Source of the DNA: an uncultured bacterium | GTDB lineage: Bacteria > Chloroflexota > UBA5177 > JANWHV01 | Direction of reading: 5' to 3' | Length of the DNA: 64,000 nucleotides | Assembly: GCA_963827235.1 (NCBI GenBank) | Contig: CAWHAE010000012.1 | Span: 1,152,001 to 1,216,000, forward strand | Part shown: in pieces, positions 1 through 11,727 of the stretch | Layout: the number at the start of each line of letters is the position of its first letter | Numbering within the stretch: the stretch's first letter is position 1 | Translations under genes and position numbers: made by a program | Notes under the pieces: model-generated | Told to the model about the DNA's origin: nothing | Seen by the model: the letters and a program-made list of their open reading frames with translations, nothing else | Database searches by the model: none

Positions 1-1342
1 GTTCGCAGACGACGCCGCGATCGCTGATCCGCGGGAGGACCGGTAGCAGGCTCGGCCGCGACCGGACCGCCCGGGTGTCGCCCGGTGTGCCCTTGCGGGA
101 CGCCGTGCCCGGGCCGGCGAGGACGGTTCTCGCCGGAGAGAACCGGCCTGTACCGTGGTCGGCCAGGTCCGCTGTCCGGCTTGAAGCGGCGCTCACCTGG
201 AACAGATCGGCATAGCGGGCACCGACAGCGCTCCAGCTCATGGCACGCCCATACTCATAAGCGCTGCTCTCGCATTGAGCGCGCATGGCGTTGTTCTCCA
301 GCAGCAGGTTGATGCAGCGTGCAAATGACTTCGGATCCTGAAACTCGGCCAGCAGGCCGCGGCCCTCTGCGAGCGCTTCCGAAGCATACAGGTAGGGTGT
401 GGAGATGATAGCTTTGCCGCAACCCAGCGCGTAGGCGAGCGTGCCACTCGTGATCTGGTAGCGATCGACGTATGGGGTGATGTAGACGTCCGTGGCCTGC
501 AAGTAGCGAATCAGCTGGTGCTGTGTCAAGTACTGATTGACGAAGCGTACATGTTTCTCAAGGTGAAGTCGTCTGATCAGATCTGTCAGGGAGTTCCGGT
601 ACTGCTCTCCCTGGTGGCGGCGGACTTCGGGGTGGGTTTCGCCAAGCACGAGATACAGCACATCGGGATGTCGTTTGACCACATCCGGAAGGGCGCGAAT
701 CATGTACTGTATGCCCTTGCCGCTGCTCAGGAGGCCAAAGGTGCTGAGGATGGTGCGGCCTTCGAGCAGAATGGCATGTTTGACCGTGTCGGGGCGGGTC
801 CTGTGCACATCCGGCACGCCGTGGGGAATCGTGATCAGCTTCGCCGGATCGAGACCGTATTCTTCTTCCAGGATGAGCCTGGCCATGTTGATCATGGTTA
901 CCACGGCGACGCTGCGGTCATGCAATGCGCGAATGGCGGCTCGCACGTCCGGTCGCGGATGGGGCTGCACCGTGTGCAGGGTGGAGACGACCGGCTTCTC
1001 GAGGCGTTCCAGGAAGCCGGTCAAGTAGTCGATGAATCGCCCGTCGGGCTCGAAATGCCCATACAGCCCAAACTCGTGCTGAATAGACACGAGCTCGGCA
1101 CGGGACCGGTTGATCTGGACCGCGGCGTCGATCCAGCTTCGCGGATCGCTTTGGTCAATGGTCCACCGCACCTGCCGTGGATACGAATAGACCGAGCGCT
1201 CGTCGTTGATCGCCGCGACGCTCGTACGCACTCCGCGCCCACTGTGCGCCACGGCATTGCTGAGATCTCGTGTGAAGGTGGCGATGCCGCAAGCCCGCGG
1301 CGGGTAGGAACTGATCTGGACAGTCCCCAATGATGCATTCAT
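1..1342 (-). CDS. GT4-family glycosyltransferase (partial, runs off the left edge); paralog of 18088..19428
   Basis: Absent from the ORF track because there is no stop in the window. Manual translation gives MNASLGTVQISSYPPRACGIATFTRDL...QHEFG...STLHTV...STFGLLSSGKGI...QITSGTLAYALGCGKAIISTPY. GAGG RBS precedes ATG 1342. Confidence 0.9.
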   Translation of the reverse strand, partial: MNASLGTVQISSYPPRACGIATFTRDLSNAVAHSGRGVRTSVAAINDERSVYSYPRQVRWTIDQSDPRSWIDAAVQINRSRAELVSIQHEFGLYGHFEPDGRFIDYLTGFLERLEKPVVSTLHTVQPHPRPDVRAAIRALHDRSVAVVTMINMARLILEEEYGLDPAKLITIPHGVPDVHRTRPDTVKHAILLEGRTILSTFGLLSSGKGIQYMIRALPDVVKRHPDVLYLVLGETHPEVRRHQGEQYRNSLTDLIRRLHLEKHVRFVNQYLTQHQLIRYLQATDVYITPYVDRYQITSGTLAYALGCGKAIISTPYLYASEALAEGRGLLAEFQDPKSFARCINLLLENNAMRAQCESSAYEYGRAMSWSAVGARYADLFQVSAASSRTADLADHGTGRFSPARTVLAGPGTASRKGTPGDTRAVRSRPSLLPVLPRISDRGVVCE

Positions 1343-1621
1343 AGTGATATCCTCGGCGTCCATGGACGCATGCTTAACCTGCTCTCGACGAGAAGCAGGA
1401 GCAGCGCCGACTTCGCAACGCCGCGGAATGGCTCAATCGATACCATGCCTGCCAACTGGACGGCCGTCCCTGTTCGGCACGCCCCCATGCTGCACAGCAG
1501 AGAACCCATATCCGGGTATGGTACCGCAGATCTGGGTTCACGTACAGGCGACCGGCCTTCCGGGCGCCGGGATTCACGCGAATCAGCCGGCGCAGAGAGC
1601 GGCCCGGCCTCTTAACACACG

Positions 1622-2014
1622 TTATGGTGTGCCGGCGGATCCAGGTGCCCCCGGAGCATCCTTCGGCAGCCAAGCCGGCCGGTACTGCCAGCTACGGGCC
1701 GTCACCTGGGCGTGGTCGACGCTGAGGGCGATGTCTTGGCCGGTTACTCGGCTGATGGCCGTCGACGGCACAAACAGCATCCCTGTCCCGCCTTGCCCGG
1801 GCCGCTCGACTCCGAGTGTGTCCTCATGCTTGACGTGGTCGGTAGCGGCCGTGCCCAACCAGAGCGCCGAGACCGTGCCGAGAACCGTGCCGTCGAGCGT
1901 CGTGACTTGCATACCGACGAGCGGCCGCGCCGAGGTGGGCCCGCGCCGCTGCATTGCTCCCCCCAGGGACCCTAGCGTCTGGCGAAGCCACGTGCCGAAT
2001 GTCCTGGATTCCAT
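1622..2014 (-). CDS. PRC-barrel/DUF2171-like small protein
   Basis: GMQVTTLDGTVLGTV...LFVPSTAISRV..IALSV pattern; AAGGAG RBS before ATG 2014. Confidence 0.65.
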   Translation of the reverse strand: MESRTFGTWLRQTLGSLGGAMQRRGPTSARPLVGMQVTTLDGTVLGTVSALWLGTAATDHVKHEDTLGVERPGQGGTGMLFVPSTAISRVTGQDIALSVDHAQVTARSWQYRPAWLPKDAPGAPGSAGTP

Positions 2015-2261
2015 TGCGCTTGCTCCTTTTCCCGCGTTCTGCCATGGCATCAAATAACGGCTGTTTGCGACCAACACAGGGCCGCAGATACGCGCATGCA
2101 CTGCCCGGCAGGCAGCGGCAGTGCTCGATCCTGTAACCGGCCCCAAGTGGGCCTGCCATGCAGCCCGGGTGCGCGGTAAGACGGTTACTGCCTCGCTACG
2201 CTGCCGGGGACGGCCGTCGGCGGCATCCCTCCGTTCTTGCCGGCCTCATCGCGGGGCCACG

Positions 2262-2471
2262 TCAGCGCCGCACGCGAGCCCGCTCCCTGGTCGTCGCGCG
2301 TCGCCCTGCCGATTGTGCCGCCACGGATTCGCCACTTCGCCGGTACGATGGAGACCGTGTACCCTGGCTGCGCACGACAGCGCCATAGGCCCGAGGCACC
2401 AAGCGGATCGGTCGTATCCGAGAGGAGACAATCACCATGGTGCCGACGACCAAGGCGGTCTCGCTGCCCAC
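2262..2471 (-). CDS. small hypothetical protein
   Basis: GTG start with AGGAG RBS, ~90 nt downstream of a signature promoter at 2559..2587; no recognisable domain. Confidence 0.35.
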   Translation of the reverse strand: MGSETALVVGTMVIVSSRIRPIRLVPRAYGAVVRSQGTRSPSYRRSGESVAAQSAGRRATTRERARVRR

Positions 2472-2558
2472 TGCGCGCTCCTGTTCTCCGCCAAGCTCTC
2501 GGCCTGTGCTCGCGAGGCGCCTCGCGGAAAGCGCCGGGCGCCGCCGCTCCCGATCCGC

Positions 2559-2587
2559 AGTATGGGCCGGTTCCACCATGCTGTCAA
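2559..2587 (-). promoter_or_regulatory. island signature promoter TTGACA-N17-CATACT
   Basis: Minus strand: AGATATTTgatcgtaaag TTGACA gcatggtggaaccgGCC CATACT. Confidence 0.7.
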
Positions 2588-2706
2588 CTTTACGATCAAA
2601 TATCTAACCCTGTGCAAGGCGTCGCGCGACTTCCTCGCGGTCTAAAGGGTGAGTGATATCAGGAAGACGCAAATGATATGCGAGCAGGCGGCGGGCACCA
2701 CGCCTG

Positions 2707-3363
2707 TCACGCAAGCGGCCGCACGAAGTCGACCGTCGCCCACAGGCAGCACGAGCTACCTCCGACCACGCACAAATGCCAGATAGCATGTGCTTCAAAC
2801 ACGCCGGGCCGCGGCCACGGGCGATCGAGCAGGAAGATCAGGGCTCCAATCGTATACACGACGCCGCCAGCCACGAACCACGCGACGCTCGCGGGCGGCA
2901 GGGCTCGAATGATGGCCGGCAGGGCGGCGAGCGCCACCCACCCCATGGCGACGTACAGCCCGGTGGAGAGCCAGACAGGTCCGTGCAGCCACCACACCTT
3001 GAGTACCAGCCCGACCAGAGCGATGCCCCAAACCGTGCCAAGCAGACCCCAGCGCCAGCCTTGCTGCAGCTCGACAAGACACACAGGCGTGTAGGTCCCG
3101 GCAATGAAGACGAACACCAGGACGCAGTCGAGTCGCAGGAGCCGCTCCATGCCCGCGTGCGAGATGTGGAGCGCATGATAGAGGGTACTCGCCACATAGG
3201 AGGCGAGCTGGCTCGTGCCGTAGATGCCCAGGCCGACCAGCGCCCAGCAGCTACCGGTCCGGCTACCGAGCCATAGGAGCAGGATGAGCGCGGCAACGGA
3301 CAACACGCTCCCAATGAGGTGGGTAATAGCGTTGGCCGGCTCTCGAAGCGAGCTCATCTTCAC
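2707..3363 (-). CDS. hemolysin III / PAQR family membrane protein
   Basis: EPANAITHLIG, STLYH, RLD...FIAGTYTP and HAIWH motifs; ~7 hydrophobic segments. Confidence 0.9.
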   Translation of the reverse strand: MKMSSLREPANAITHLIGSVLSVAALILLLWLGSRTGSCWALVGLGIYGTSQLASYVASTLYHALHISHAGMERLLRLDCVLVFVFIAGTYTPVCLVELQQGWRWGLLGTVWGIALVGLVLKVWWLHGPVWLSTGLYVAMGWVALAALPAIIRALPPASVAWFVAGGVVYTIGALIFLLDRPWPRPGVFEAHAIWHLCVVGGSSCCLWATVDFVRPLA

Positions 3364-3590
3364 CGCCCCTGGCCCCAGTTTGGCCGTGCACTATCGAAGC
3401 ACATGAAACAGCATGAGCTCGGCCGGCGGCATACGTCAAGAGACGCACCGCGACCCAGTGCGGAGGCGATTTCAACCGAGCCTTACCTCGCGTTGCCTGC
3501 CGGTCCGGCTACTGCATGCCCGGCATTGCGCCGCCCATCCTGAGCACAGTCAGGGCGCGCTGCGGCATCGGCTCGACCAAATCCGGGCAC

Positions 3591-3625
3591 AAAGGAGGAG
3601 ATTCCCGTAGGAACCTCCTTCTCTT
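3591..3625 (-). terminator. probable terminator hairpin downstream of the csp gene
   Basis: Imperfect inverted repeat aaaggaggagattcc-cgta-ggaacctccttctctt. Confidence 0.45.
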
Positions 3626-3664
3626 GTCTACCCGTCGCTAGACTGCGGAAGTCTGAAGCAACGG

Positions 3665-3877
3665 CTAGCGGGCGACCTTGCGGACATTCACGGCCCGGTT
3701 GCCCCGGCCTCGGCTATCCGGCTCAGAGTCGTACTCTACGACATCATCGCGGCGCAGCTCGTCGAACGTAACGCCCACGAGAGCCGACGTGTGGAAGAAG
3801 AGGTCTTCTCCACCCTGCTCCTGCTTGATAAAACCAAAACCCCGGTCGGTGACCCGCGCGATTGTACCTTCTGCCAC
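3665..3877 (-). CDS. cold-shock domain protein
   Basis: 70 aa with RNP1 RGFGFI and RNP2 LFFH, ending in AVNV. Confidence 0.93.
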   Translation of the reverse strand: MAEGTIARVTDRGFGFIKQEQGGEDLFFHTSALVGVTFDELRRDDVVEYDSEPDSRGRGNRAVNVRKVAR

Positions 3878-4334
3878 AACGTGCTCTTTCTGCCGTGCGA
3901 GGAGGATCTGTGAGAGGTCTGGCCCAGCGCCAAACAGTCGGGAGGCTCCTGTGGTGACGTCTCACTATACCATGTTTGGCCGAATAACGGTTTGGCGTGC
4001 CGTCGAAGTCGTAGAACATGGACCTTCAAGATCGAATCACGCACCGTCCCCACAGGGCGCCGAGTCGAGGCGACCGACCGGCATGGAGGAACTATACTCT
4101 GGTTACAAGTGCGGAAGTCCAGGTATGCTTGAGCTTGAACGTGTGAAGATGTTCAAAGCAAAGCCGGGCGGCAGCCCCCGTCGTCCCCAGCGACATCATC
4201 CTTACATCCATTGATGGCCGTGCCGGCTTGTGCGTCCGAATCACGTGAGGGCAAGGGGAGCAGCGCAGGCGACTGCGGACCCCGTAACGAAACGAGTGGC
4301 TTTGATGGCTTTGCTAGTGGAGACTGCGCCGAAC

Positions 4335-5045
4335 ATGGTCCTGCCGCCGCCAGGCGCGTGGGTATCGGATGGCCGGCCGGTGTCCGTGTTGATTGTCGAC
4401 GATCAGGCGCTGATGGGAGCGGGCCTGCGTTCCATTCTGCAGTCAAGCCCGGACATACACGTAGTCGGCGGAGCTCAGACCGGGCCTGACGCATTAATAC
4501 AGGCGGTTGCACTCAAACCGATGGTCGTTCTCCTGGATACCAGAGCGCCCCAGGCCGGCCGCATGGAAGCCATCCGCGGGTTGAAAGCCCAGCATGCGAT
4601 GGGGGCGATCATCATGATGTCGAGGCGCGACGATGGGTCCGGCATGCTCGACGCGCTACAGGCAGGTGCCAGCGCTTATCTCCTGCACGACTGCAGTCGA
4701 GAGCTACTTCTGCATACGATCGCGGCTGTTGCCAACGGAGGAGCGCTTGTCCAGGCATCATCGTTCCGCGGCAGCCATCTGATGCGCTTCGCCGGTGCCG
4801 GCCGTCAGCCAACCGGCGGTAAGCGCAGCGATCGTCCGGGCCTCGCAACCGAGCCGCTGACCAGCCGCGAAGAAGCCATTCTGCGCCTGGTGGCAGATGG
4901 AACGACCAACCGGGGCATCGCCGACGTCCTGTGTTTCGCCGAGGTTACGATCAAGAAGCACGTGCAAACCATCATCGGTAAGCTGAGCGCGTCCGACAGG
5001 ACACATGCCGCCGTGATCGCCGTGCGGGCGGGACTGATCGACTGA
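4335..5045 (+). CDS. NarL/LuxR-family response regulator (atypical receiver)
   Basis: VLIVDD...VLLD receiver plus LTSREEAILRLVADGTTNRGIA...TIKKHV HTH; start codon uncertain. Confidence 0.9.
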   Translation: MVLPPPGAWVSDGRPVSVLIVDDQALMGAGLRSILQSSPDIHVVGGAQTGPDALIQAVALKPMVVLLDTRAPQAGRMEAIRGLKAQHAMGAIIMMSRRDDGSGMLDALQAGASAYLLHDCSRELLLHTIAAVANGGALVQASSFRGSHLMRFAGAGRQPTGGKRSDRPGLATEPLTSREEAILRLVADGTTNRGIADVLCFAEVTIKKHVQTIIGKLSASDRTHAAVIAVRAGLID

Positions 5046-5361
5046 CGACGTTATCCCGCGCATCGCCGCGTGCCCGAGGCTGCCGTGCGGACGGATCAGT
5101 TCATCAACATGCTGGTTGCCTCGGGCCCACCCGCCAATCACCGCCCGTGGACGGGGAAAGCTCGAGAACTCGCGGGTGGTATACAAATATCTTCGCTGCT
5201 GGTATGCTACGTTCGTGGGTGAAACAGGCCCCGGTAGTGTTCGGTCATCGTCTCTTCCTCTCTGTTGCTGTGGTTGGCTGCGGGATCGTGCGGAAGATCA
5301 AGGCCTGCCTCGAGCCTCCCACGGATTCGCGCGCCATGCGCACAACGAAGAGGATCTCACA

Positions 5362-5679
5362 ATGTACACCGAGCAGGCCCTTACCTGTCGCGACTGTGGC
5401 AGGCAATTTGCGTTCACGGCCGGCGAGCAGGAGTTCTACGCCTCACGCGGCCTCACCAATGCCCCCAGCCGTTGCCCCGATTGCCGGGCCGCCCGCAAGA
5501 GTGGCGGCAGCGGTGGCCGTGCCTCCGGCGGAAGCTACGACGATCGCGCTCCTCGCGAGATGCATGAAGCGCGCTGCGACTCGTGCGGTGGAGTAGCCCG
5601 CGTGCCTTTCGTGCCGCGTGGCGACAAGCCCGTGTACTGCAGCGATTGCTTCAACCGCTCTCGCACCAGCCGGTACTGA
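5362..5679 (+). CDS. zinc-ribbon protein with C-terminal CxxC-x17-CxxC domain
   Basis: LTCRDCGRQFAFTAGEQEFYASRGL..PSRCPDCR and CDSCG...VPFVPRGDKPVYCSDCF; GAGG RBS. Confidence 0.9.
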   Translation: MYTEQALTCRDCGRQFAFTAGEQEFYASRGLTNAPSRCPDCRAARKSGGSGGRASGGSYDDRAPREMHEARCDSCGGVARVPFVPRGDKPVYCSDCFNRSRTSRY

Positions 5680-5909
5680 ACCGCCCGCTGCGCCGGAGGC
5701 TCGAAATCCCTGCAAGGGATGATGCCCGGCGCATGAGTCGTCCCAGACATTGAGGATGACGGCAAGCAAAAGGCCTTCCGCGAAAGCATCGGAGTTCTCG
5801 CAAGGAACAGGGGTGTGTCGCGGAAGGTCTTTCTTTTGAAATGGCCAAACTCATAGCTCCCGCGCGCACCGGTCGCGTGCTCCGTCGATAGAGCTTCTTC
5901 GTGGAGTAT

Positions 5910-5937
5910 TCGACATTCGGGCCGACCTGCCCATAGT
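5910..5937 (+). promoter_or_regulatory. degenerate copy of the signature promoter (SPFH copy 1)
   Basis: GAGCTTCTT...TCGACA-N16-(GCC)CATAGT; homologous to the promoter of SPFH copy 2. Confidence 0.5.
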
Positions 5938-6026
5938 TGCCCTAGGCTGCGAGCACGGCACGTGGCGCGACTCGAGAAGCGGCCGAGCGGTGACCGCCCA
6001 AGCAGATCAAGAGAGGAACTGGTGCC

Positions 6027-7046
6027 ATGGGAGTAGAAATCGCCCTGGCCATCGTGGCAGTACTGTTTGTGACGTTGCTTGCAAGGACGATTCGCATCAT
6101 ACCGCAGGCGCGCGTCGGTGTCGTGCAACGCCTTGGGGCCTTTCACAGTGCCTCCGAAAGCGGGCTGATCGTGGTACTGCCGTTCATCGACAAGATGCTG
6201 CCGCTGCTGGACATGCGCGAGCAGGTGGTCAACTTCCCGCCGCAACCGGTAATTACGTCGGACAACGTGACCATCAACGTCACGACCGTGGTCTACTATC
6301 AGATTCTCAACGCGAAGGACGCGAGCTATCAGGTCGCCAACTTGCTGCAGGCGATGGAGCAGATCGCGCAGACCACGTTGCGGAACGTGATGGGCAGCCT
6401 GTCGCTGGACCGGAGCTTGACCAGTCGCGACGAGGTCAATTCCCAGCTGCGCCTCGTGCTCGACGAAGTGACCGAGAAGTGGGGCGTGCGGATCACGCGC
6501 GTGGAGCTCAAGGATATCAGCCCGCCCAAGGACATCCAGCTGGCGATGGAAAAGCAGATGCAGGCGGAGCGGAACAAGCGGGCCACGATCCTGACCGCGG
6601 AAGGCGAGGCGCAGGCCGCGATCTTGCGCGCGGACGGCGCACAGAAAGCCCTGGTGATTGCCAGCGAAGGCCAGCGACAGGCGGCGATCTTGCGCGCTCA
6701 GGGAGATGCCCAGGCCCTGCTCACCGTGCAGAAGGCGCAGGCGGAAGCCGTGCACATGGTGTTCGAGGCCGTCAACTCCTCGGGTGCCACTCCGGAGGCG
6801 ATGCAGTACCAGTACATGCAGATGCTACCGAAGCTGGCCGACAGTCCGGCGAACAAGGTGTTTATCGTGCCGGCGGACATGGCAGGGCTGGCGGGGCTAG
6901 CCGGACAGGCACTGCATGAGGGACATACGCCAGCCTTCGCCGCCGGTGCACCCGAGGCGCCGGCCGAGACCGAGGACGGGCAAGGGCTGCCGCGGTTGGT
7001 TGCCGGGGCCGATGCACAGGCGCCCGGCGCAAGCACGGCGGTGTGA
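6027..7046 (+). CDS. SPFH/band-7 (stomatin/QmcA-like) membrane protein, copy 1
   Basis: N-terminal TM, then PPQPVITSDN, TTLRNVMG, KQMQAERNKRATILTAEG. Confidence 0.95.
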   Translation: MGVEIALAIVAVLFVTLLARTIRIIPQARVGVVQRLGAFHSASESGLIVVLPFIDKMLPLLDMREQVVNFPPQPVITSDNVTINVTTVVYYQILNAKDASYQVANLLQAMEQIAQTTLRNVMGSLSLDRSLTSRDEVNSQLRLVLDEVTEKWGVRITRVELKDISPPKDIQLAMEKQMQAERNKRATILTAEGEAQAAILRADGAQKALVIASEGQRQAAILRAQGDAQALLTVQKAQAEAVHMVFEAVNSSGATPEAMQYQYMQMLPKLADSPANKVFIVPADMAGLAGLAGQALHEGHTPAFAAGAPEAPAETEDGQGLPRLVAGADAQAPGASTAV

Positions 7047-7074
7047 TTCGGCACCTGTAGTCTCGCGTTGTCTG

Positions 7075-7300
7075 GGCGCACCCGTGGCCCGAATGCACTG
7101 CTCGCGGACCAGTCCCACCGGCATTGTCCAGATGAGCTTCATGTCTAGCCGCGCTGCCCAACCAGCGGCCCGGCCAATAGCCGCAGTCTATTGAGTCTAT
7201 GTCTTGACACGTTTATTGAACCCGCTCATACTGCAGACACCGCCTCTCGGCTCTCGCGCCGGTGCGCTGGCGAAGCGTGGAGAACGCAACGCGGTGACGC
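7075..7300 (+). repeat. copy 1 of a ~200-bp control region (palindrome CAATAG-N7-CTATTG at 7175..7193; promoter TTGACA-N17-CATACT at 7204..7232)
   Basis: Clear nucleotide similarity to ~45195..45370 and ~51020..51200 (cattgtccagatgagcttca...caatagcc..agtctattgagtctat.tcttgacac...catactgcagac). Confidence 0.85.
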
Positions 7301-7361
7301 TCCGTGAGCAAGGCACGAGCCACGCCGAAGCGGACGCGCTGCAGTCGCAAGGAGGCCGAAC

Positions 7362-7754
7362 ATGGTGCAACAGCATGCGGGCGCTGTCCAGCCTCTCGCG
7401 GCCGGACAGGGGATCCCTCGCGCGCAATGGCCCAGATTCTTCGAACACATCAGTAGAGAGTATGGAGGAGAGCAGGCGACGCTCGAGCTGGCCGATATGG
7501 AATCGGGCGACTCCGTTCTAGCCACGTACCCACGTTTTCGCAGCATCGCGGCGGACGAGGACTACAACCAGAACCGTATCGCGATAGTTCTGGAGAATGC
7601 GTCCGGTGACCCTACGATGCACACGCTGTCGAAAGCAACTCAGGTACGGTTTGCCGATGCGCTGCGATCCACGCTTGCTACGCTGACCATGGCCACCATG
7701 TCCGGTACGGTCGCCGTGCTGCACTTCGCTCACCCGCCATCGCCCGGGCAGTGA
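7362..7754 (+). CDS. DUF5335-like protein
   Basis: IPRAQWPRFFEHISREY..ATLEL...GD pattern; AAGGAGG RBS. Confidence 0.7.
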   Translation: MVQQHAGAVQPLAAGQGIPRAQWPRFFEHISREYGGEQATLELADMESGDSVLATYPRFRSIAADEDYNQNRIAIVLENASGDPTMHTLSKATQVRFADALRSTLATLTMATMSGTVAVLHFAHPPSPGQ

Positions 7755-7855
7755 TGGTAGGGCGGCAGCGCATCCTCTTGAGAGAACGCGGTCCGAGATA
7801 CTGCTCGACGATCAGCGTGCGGGTTGGCCCGCACAGGACCTCGAGCCGAGCAGCA

Positions 7856-7923
7856 TTGCTGCCTACGGCTGGCGGATGTATGATACAGGTGAGGCAGTAG
7901 CAGTCTCGCTATGAGAGTGCTAA
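7856..7923 (+). promoter_or_regulatory. groESL promoter with CIRCE (HrcA operator)
   Basis: TTGCTG-N17-TATGAT (7856..7884), followed by GTAGCAGTC-N9-GAGTGCTAA (7897..7923); CIRCE consensus is TTAGCACTC-N9-GAGTGCTAA. Confidence 0.85.
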
Positions 7924-8167
7924 CTCGGAGAGCCGGCGGTTGGTCCGGTTCGATTGCTCCAGAGGCGCGTGTAGGAACACGTGAGCCGGCTGTCAGAGCG
8001 TATTTTCAGCCGCGGCAAGATCCCCGCCACAACCAACTACCGGTAGACTGTGCCGCCTGTCTTGGGCTTGCGTGTTGCGTGTCGTAAGCACGCGGCCTGA
8101 GGAGTCCATGTGAGCTCGCCGAGCTTTCGTGATGCAAGAGAATCCGTAGCACCGGGAGGTGTAGATT

Positions 8168-8470
8168 ATGTCCACACGGATCGCGTTGACTATCCGCCCC
8201 TTGAATGACCATGTCGTGATCAGGCCGGCGAACAAGGAAGAAGTGAGCGCGGCAGGCGTCATCCTGCCGGACACCGCCAAGGAGAAGCCCCAGAAGGGCA
8301 CCATCGTGGCAGCCGGGCCGGGTCGCATTCTCGACAGCGGCACCCGCCAGGCGCTCGAGGTCTCGGTTGGCGAGGAAGTTCTCTACGCAAAGTATGCCGG
8401 CACCGAGGTGAAGCTCGAGGGTGAAGACTATCTGATCCTGTCCGAGAAGGACATTCTGGCCGTAGTCTGA
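8168..8470 (+). CDS. groES: co-chaperonin GroES
   Basis: IRPLNDHVVI, GVILPDTAKEKPQKG, KYAGTEVK, EKDILAVV. Confidence 0.98.
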   Translation: MSTRIALTIRPLNDHVVIRPANKEEVSAAGVILPDTAKEKPQKGTIVAAGPGRILDSGTRQALEVSVGEEVLYAKYAGTEVKLEGEDYLILSEKDILAVV

Positions 8471-8532
8471 GGCGCGTTCCTGCACTGAGGCAGGAAGGCA
8501 AACGGTCGGCACAGGCTGTGCCGACCTAGTAG

Positions 8533-10166
<1,634 letters not shown>

Positions 10167-10187
10167 GGCTCGCCCTAGAAACGGCCG

Positions 10188-10580
10188 ATGGCCCTGCTTG
10201 TTTTGGCGATACCTGTCCCAGAATCTGATGTCGGCCAGCACCGGCGATTCATCGCCGACCTGACCAGCACGCGCCGCGCCGAGCTCGTAGCGGCGCGGCA
10301 GCGCGCTGGAGTGCGCGAGCGAAGCTACATCCAGCCCATGCCTGGCGGTGGGCACATGTTCATCGCCACGTTTGAAGGCGACGATCTCGATTCCGCCTTG
10401 AAACAGATGGCAACGGCAACGGATGGATTCTCCCAGTGGTTCCGCCGGCATACGCAGGAGGTTACCGGCATCTGCGCCGCCCGGGGACCTGCGAAGTCGA
10501 CCGAGCTCGTGATCGACTCCGGGCCGGTCCGATCTCTGAGCCGGCAACAGGATCGCATCAGAGACTATAAAGGTGACTAA
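10188..10580 (+). CDS. hypothetical protein (possible small dimeric alpha/beta-barrel type)
   Basis: 130-aa ORF 21 nt after groEL with protein-like composition. Confidence 0.65.
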   Translation: MALLVLAIPVPESDVGQHRRFIADLTSTRRAELVAARQRAGVRERSYIQPMPGGGHMFIATFEGDDLDSALKQMATATDGFSQWFRRHTQEVTGICAARGPAKSTELVIDSGPVRSLSRQQDRIRDYKGD

Positions 10581-10824
10581 CATGACACTATCCAGCATTG
10601 CCCGGCGGGCGCTCGCGTGGATGCGCGTTTGGCTTCACGACGCCGGGGAGCAGTACAGGCAGTGGCGATGGCCGGCGGGAATCTTGTCCACAGGCCGGGA
10701 GCGTTTTCCGGCGCAGAGTGCCCTGCGCGGATGCCCTTCGTGCGCGGCGCTTATCCCGTACAAGGCGGCCACCTGTCTGTACTGCCACCAGATCCTGCCG
10801 CCACGGAAGCGGGCAGGAAGATAA
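10573..10824 (+). CDS. small protein with C-terminal zinc ribbon
   Basis: CPSCAALIPYKAATCLYCH; overlaps the upstream stop. Confidence 0.55.
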   Translation: MTNMTLSSIARRALAWMRVWLHDAGEQYRQWRWPAGILSTGRERFPAQSALRGCPSCAALIPYKAATCLYCHQILPPRKRAGR

Positions 10825-10878
10825 CGGTGCAGGCTACCGATTGGGCGCACTGGATACCACGAACATAAGGAGATGACG

Positions 10879-11043
10879 ATGCCTGGCGAGAGAAGAATCA
10901 ACCCACAAAACCCTGCTCGCACGATCCATGGGCGCAAGCCGCGGAAGAGCCCCTTGCAGGGCACCCGGGCTGAGCGGTATCAAGCCAAGCTGGCCGGCAA
11001 GAGCACGCCGGCCGGCGACGCCACGCTCCCCGTGGCGCCATAG
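10879..11043 (+). CDS. 54-aa basic small protein (below the ORF-track cutoff)
   Basis: TAAGGAG RBS 6 nt before ATG; MPGERRINPQNPARTIHGRKPRKSPLQGTRAERYQAKLAGKSTPAGDATLPVAP. Confidence 0.5.
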   Translation: MPGERRINPQNPARTIHGRKPRKSPLQGTRAERYQAKLAGKSTPAGDATLPVAP

Positions 11044-11307
11044 GTCGGCGGCAGTAGAGCGTATGCCGGCGCCACCCGGGAGCTCCGACACATAGACGGA
11101 CCGGGCCAGGAGGCTTCAGAATACTGTTGCCGTGGTCAGCGCTCCTAGATGCTTCCAACCAGAAGCTACGAGATGGACCTGCGACTGTGGCAGCATGCAG
11201 CACACGGGGCGACTGCGGTCGCGGGCATGCGGCAGCCGGCTCACACCGCAACTACTTCCGGGAGGCATAAAGGAGTGCTCGTGCGGCCTGCCCGTGGCGA
11301 GCCGAAC

Positions 11308-11598
11308 CTATTGGCGATGCCGTCGCAGTGCTAGAAGCTCGGCCGTGACCCGGCTCTCCGCGGCTACGATACCCTCGTCCATTGCCTTGGCGATATGCTG
11401 ATCTTCGATCAGCAAGTTGCTCGGGGTACGGAACTCCGTCTCGATGCGGGCTAGCTCAAGCTCCGGATTGTCGTACCCTTTGGCATGCAACACGGCAAGG
11501 GTACGAACCTTGTCGAGTTTCAGTGTGTCGTTGGCCAGGATGTCGTGAACAAGCTGTCCGATCTCCTGCTGTGATAGGGTTTTTCCGGCTACAGGCAT
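11308..11598 (-). CDS. hypothetical helical protein
   Basis: 96-aa ORF with non-shadow composition and GAGGGAG RBS. Confidence 0.6.
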   Translation of the reverse strand: MPVAGKTLSQQEIGQLVHDILANDTLKLDKVRTLAVLHAKGYDNPELELARIETEFRTPSNLLIEDQHIAKAMDEGIVAAESRVTAELLALRRHRQ

Positions 11599-11727
11599 GC
11601 CATTGCTCCCTCGATACGCATGACACCACGTGCCAACAGTTCTTCCTTCCTTGGTTCATGCCCCTGCTCTGGTGCTGCGTCCAGCGCCCGACGTAGTTTC
11701 GTCCAGACTACTCCCTGAGACGCGACT

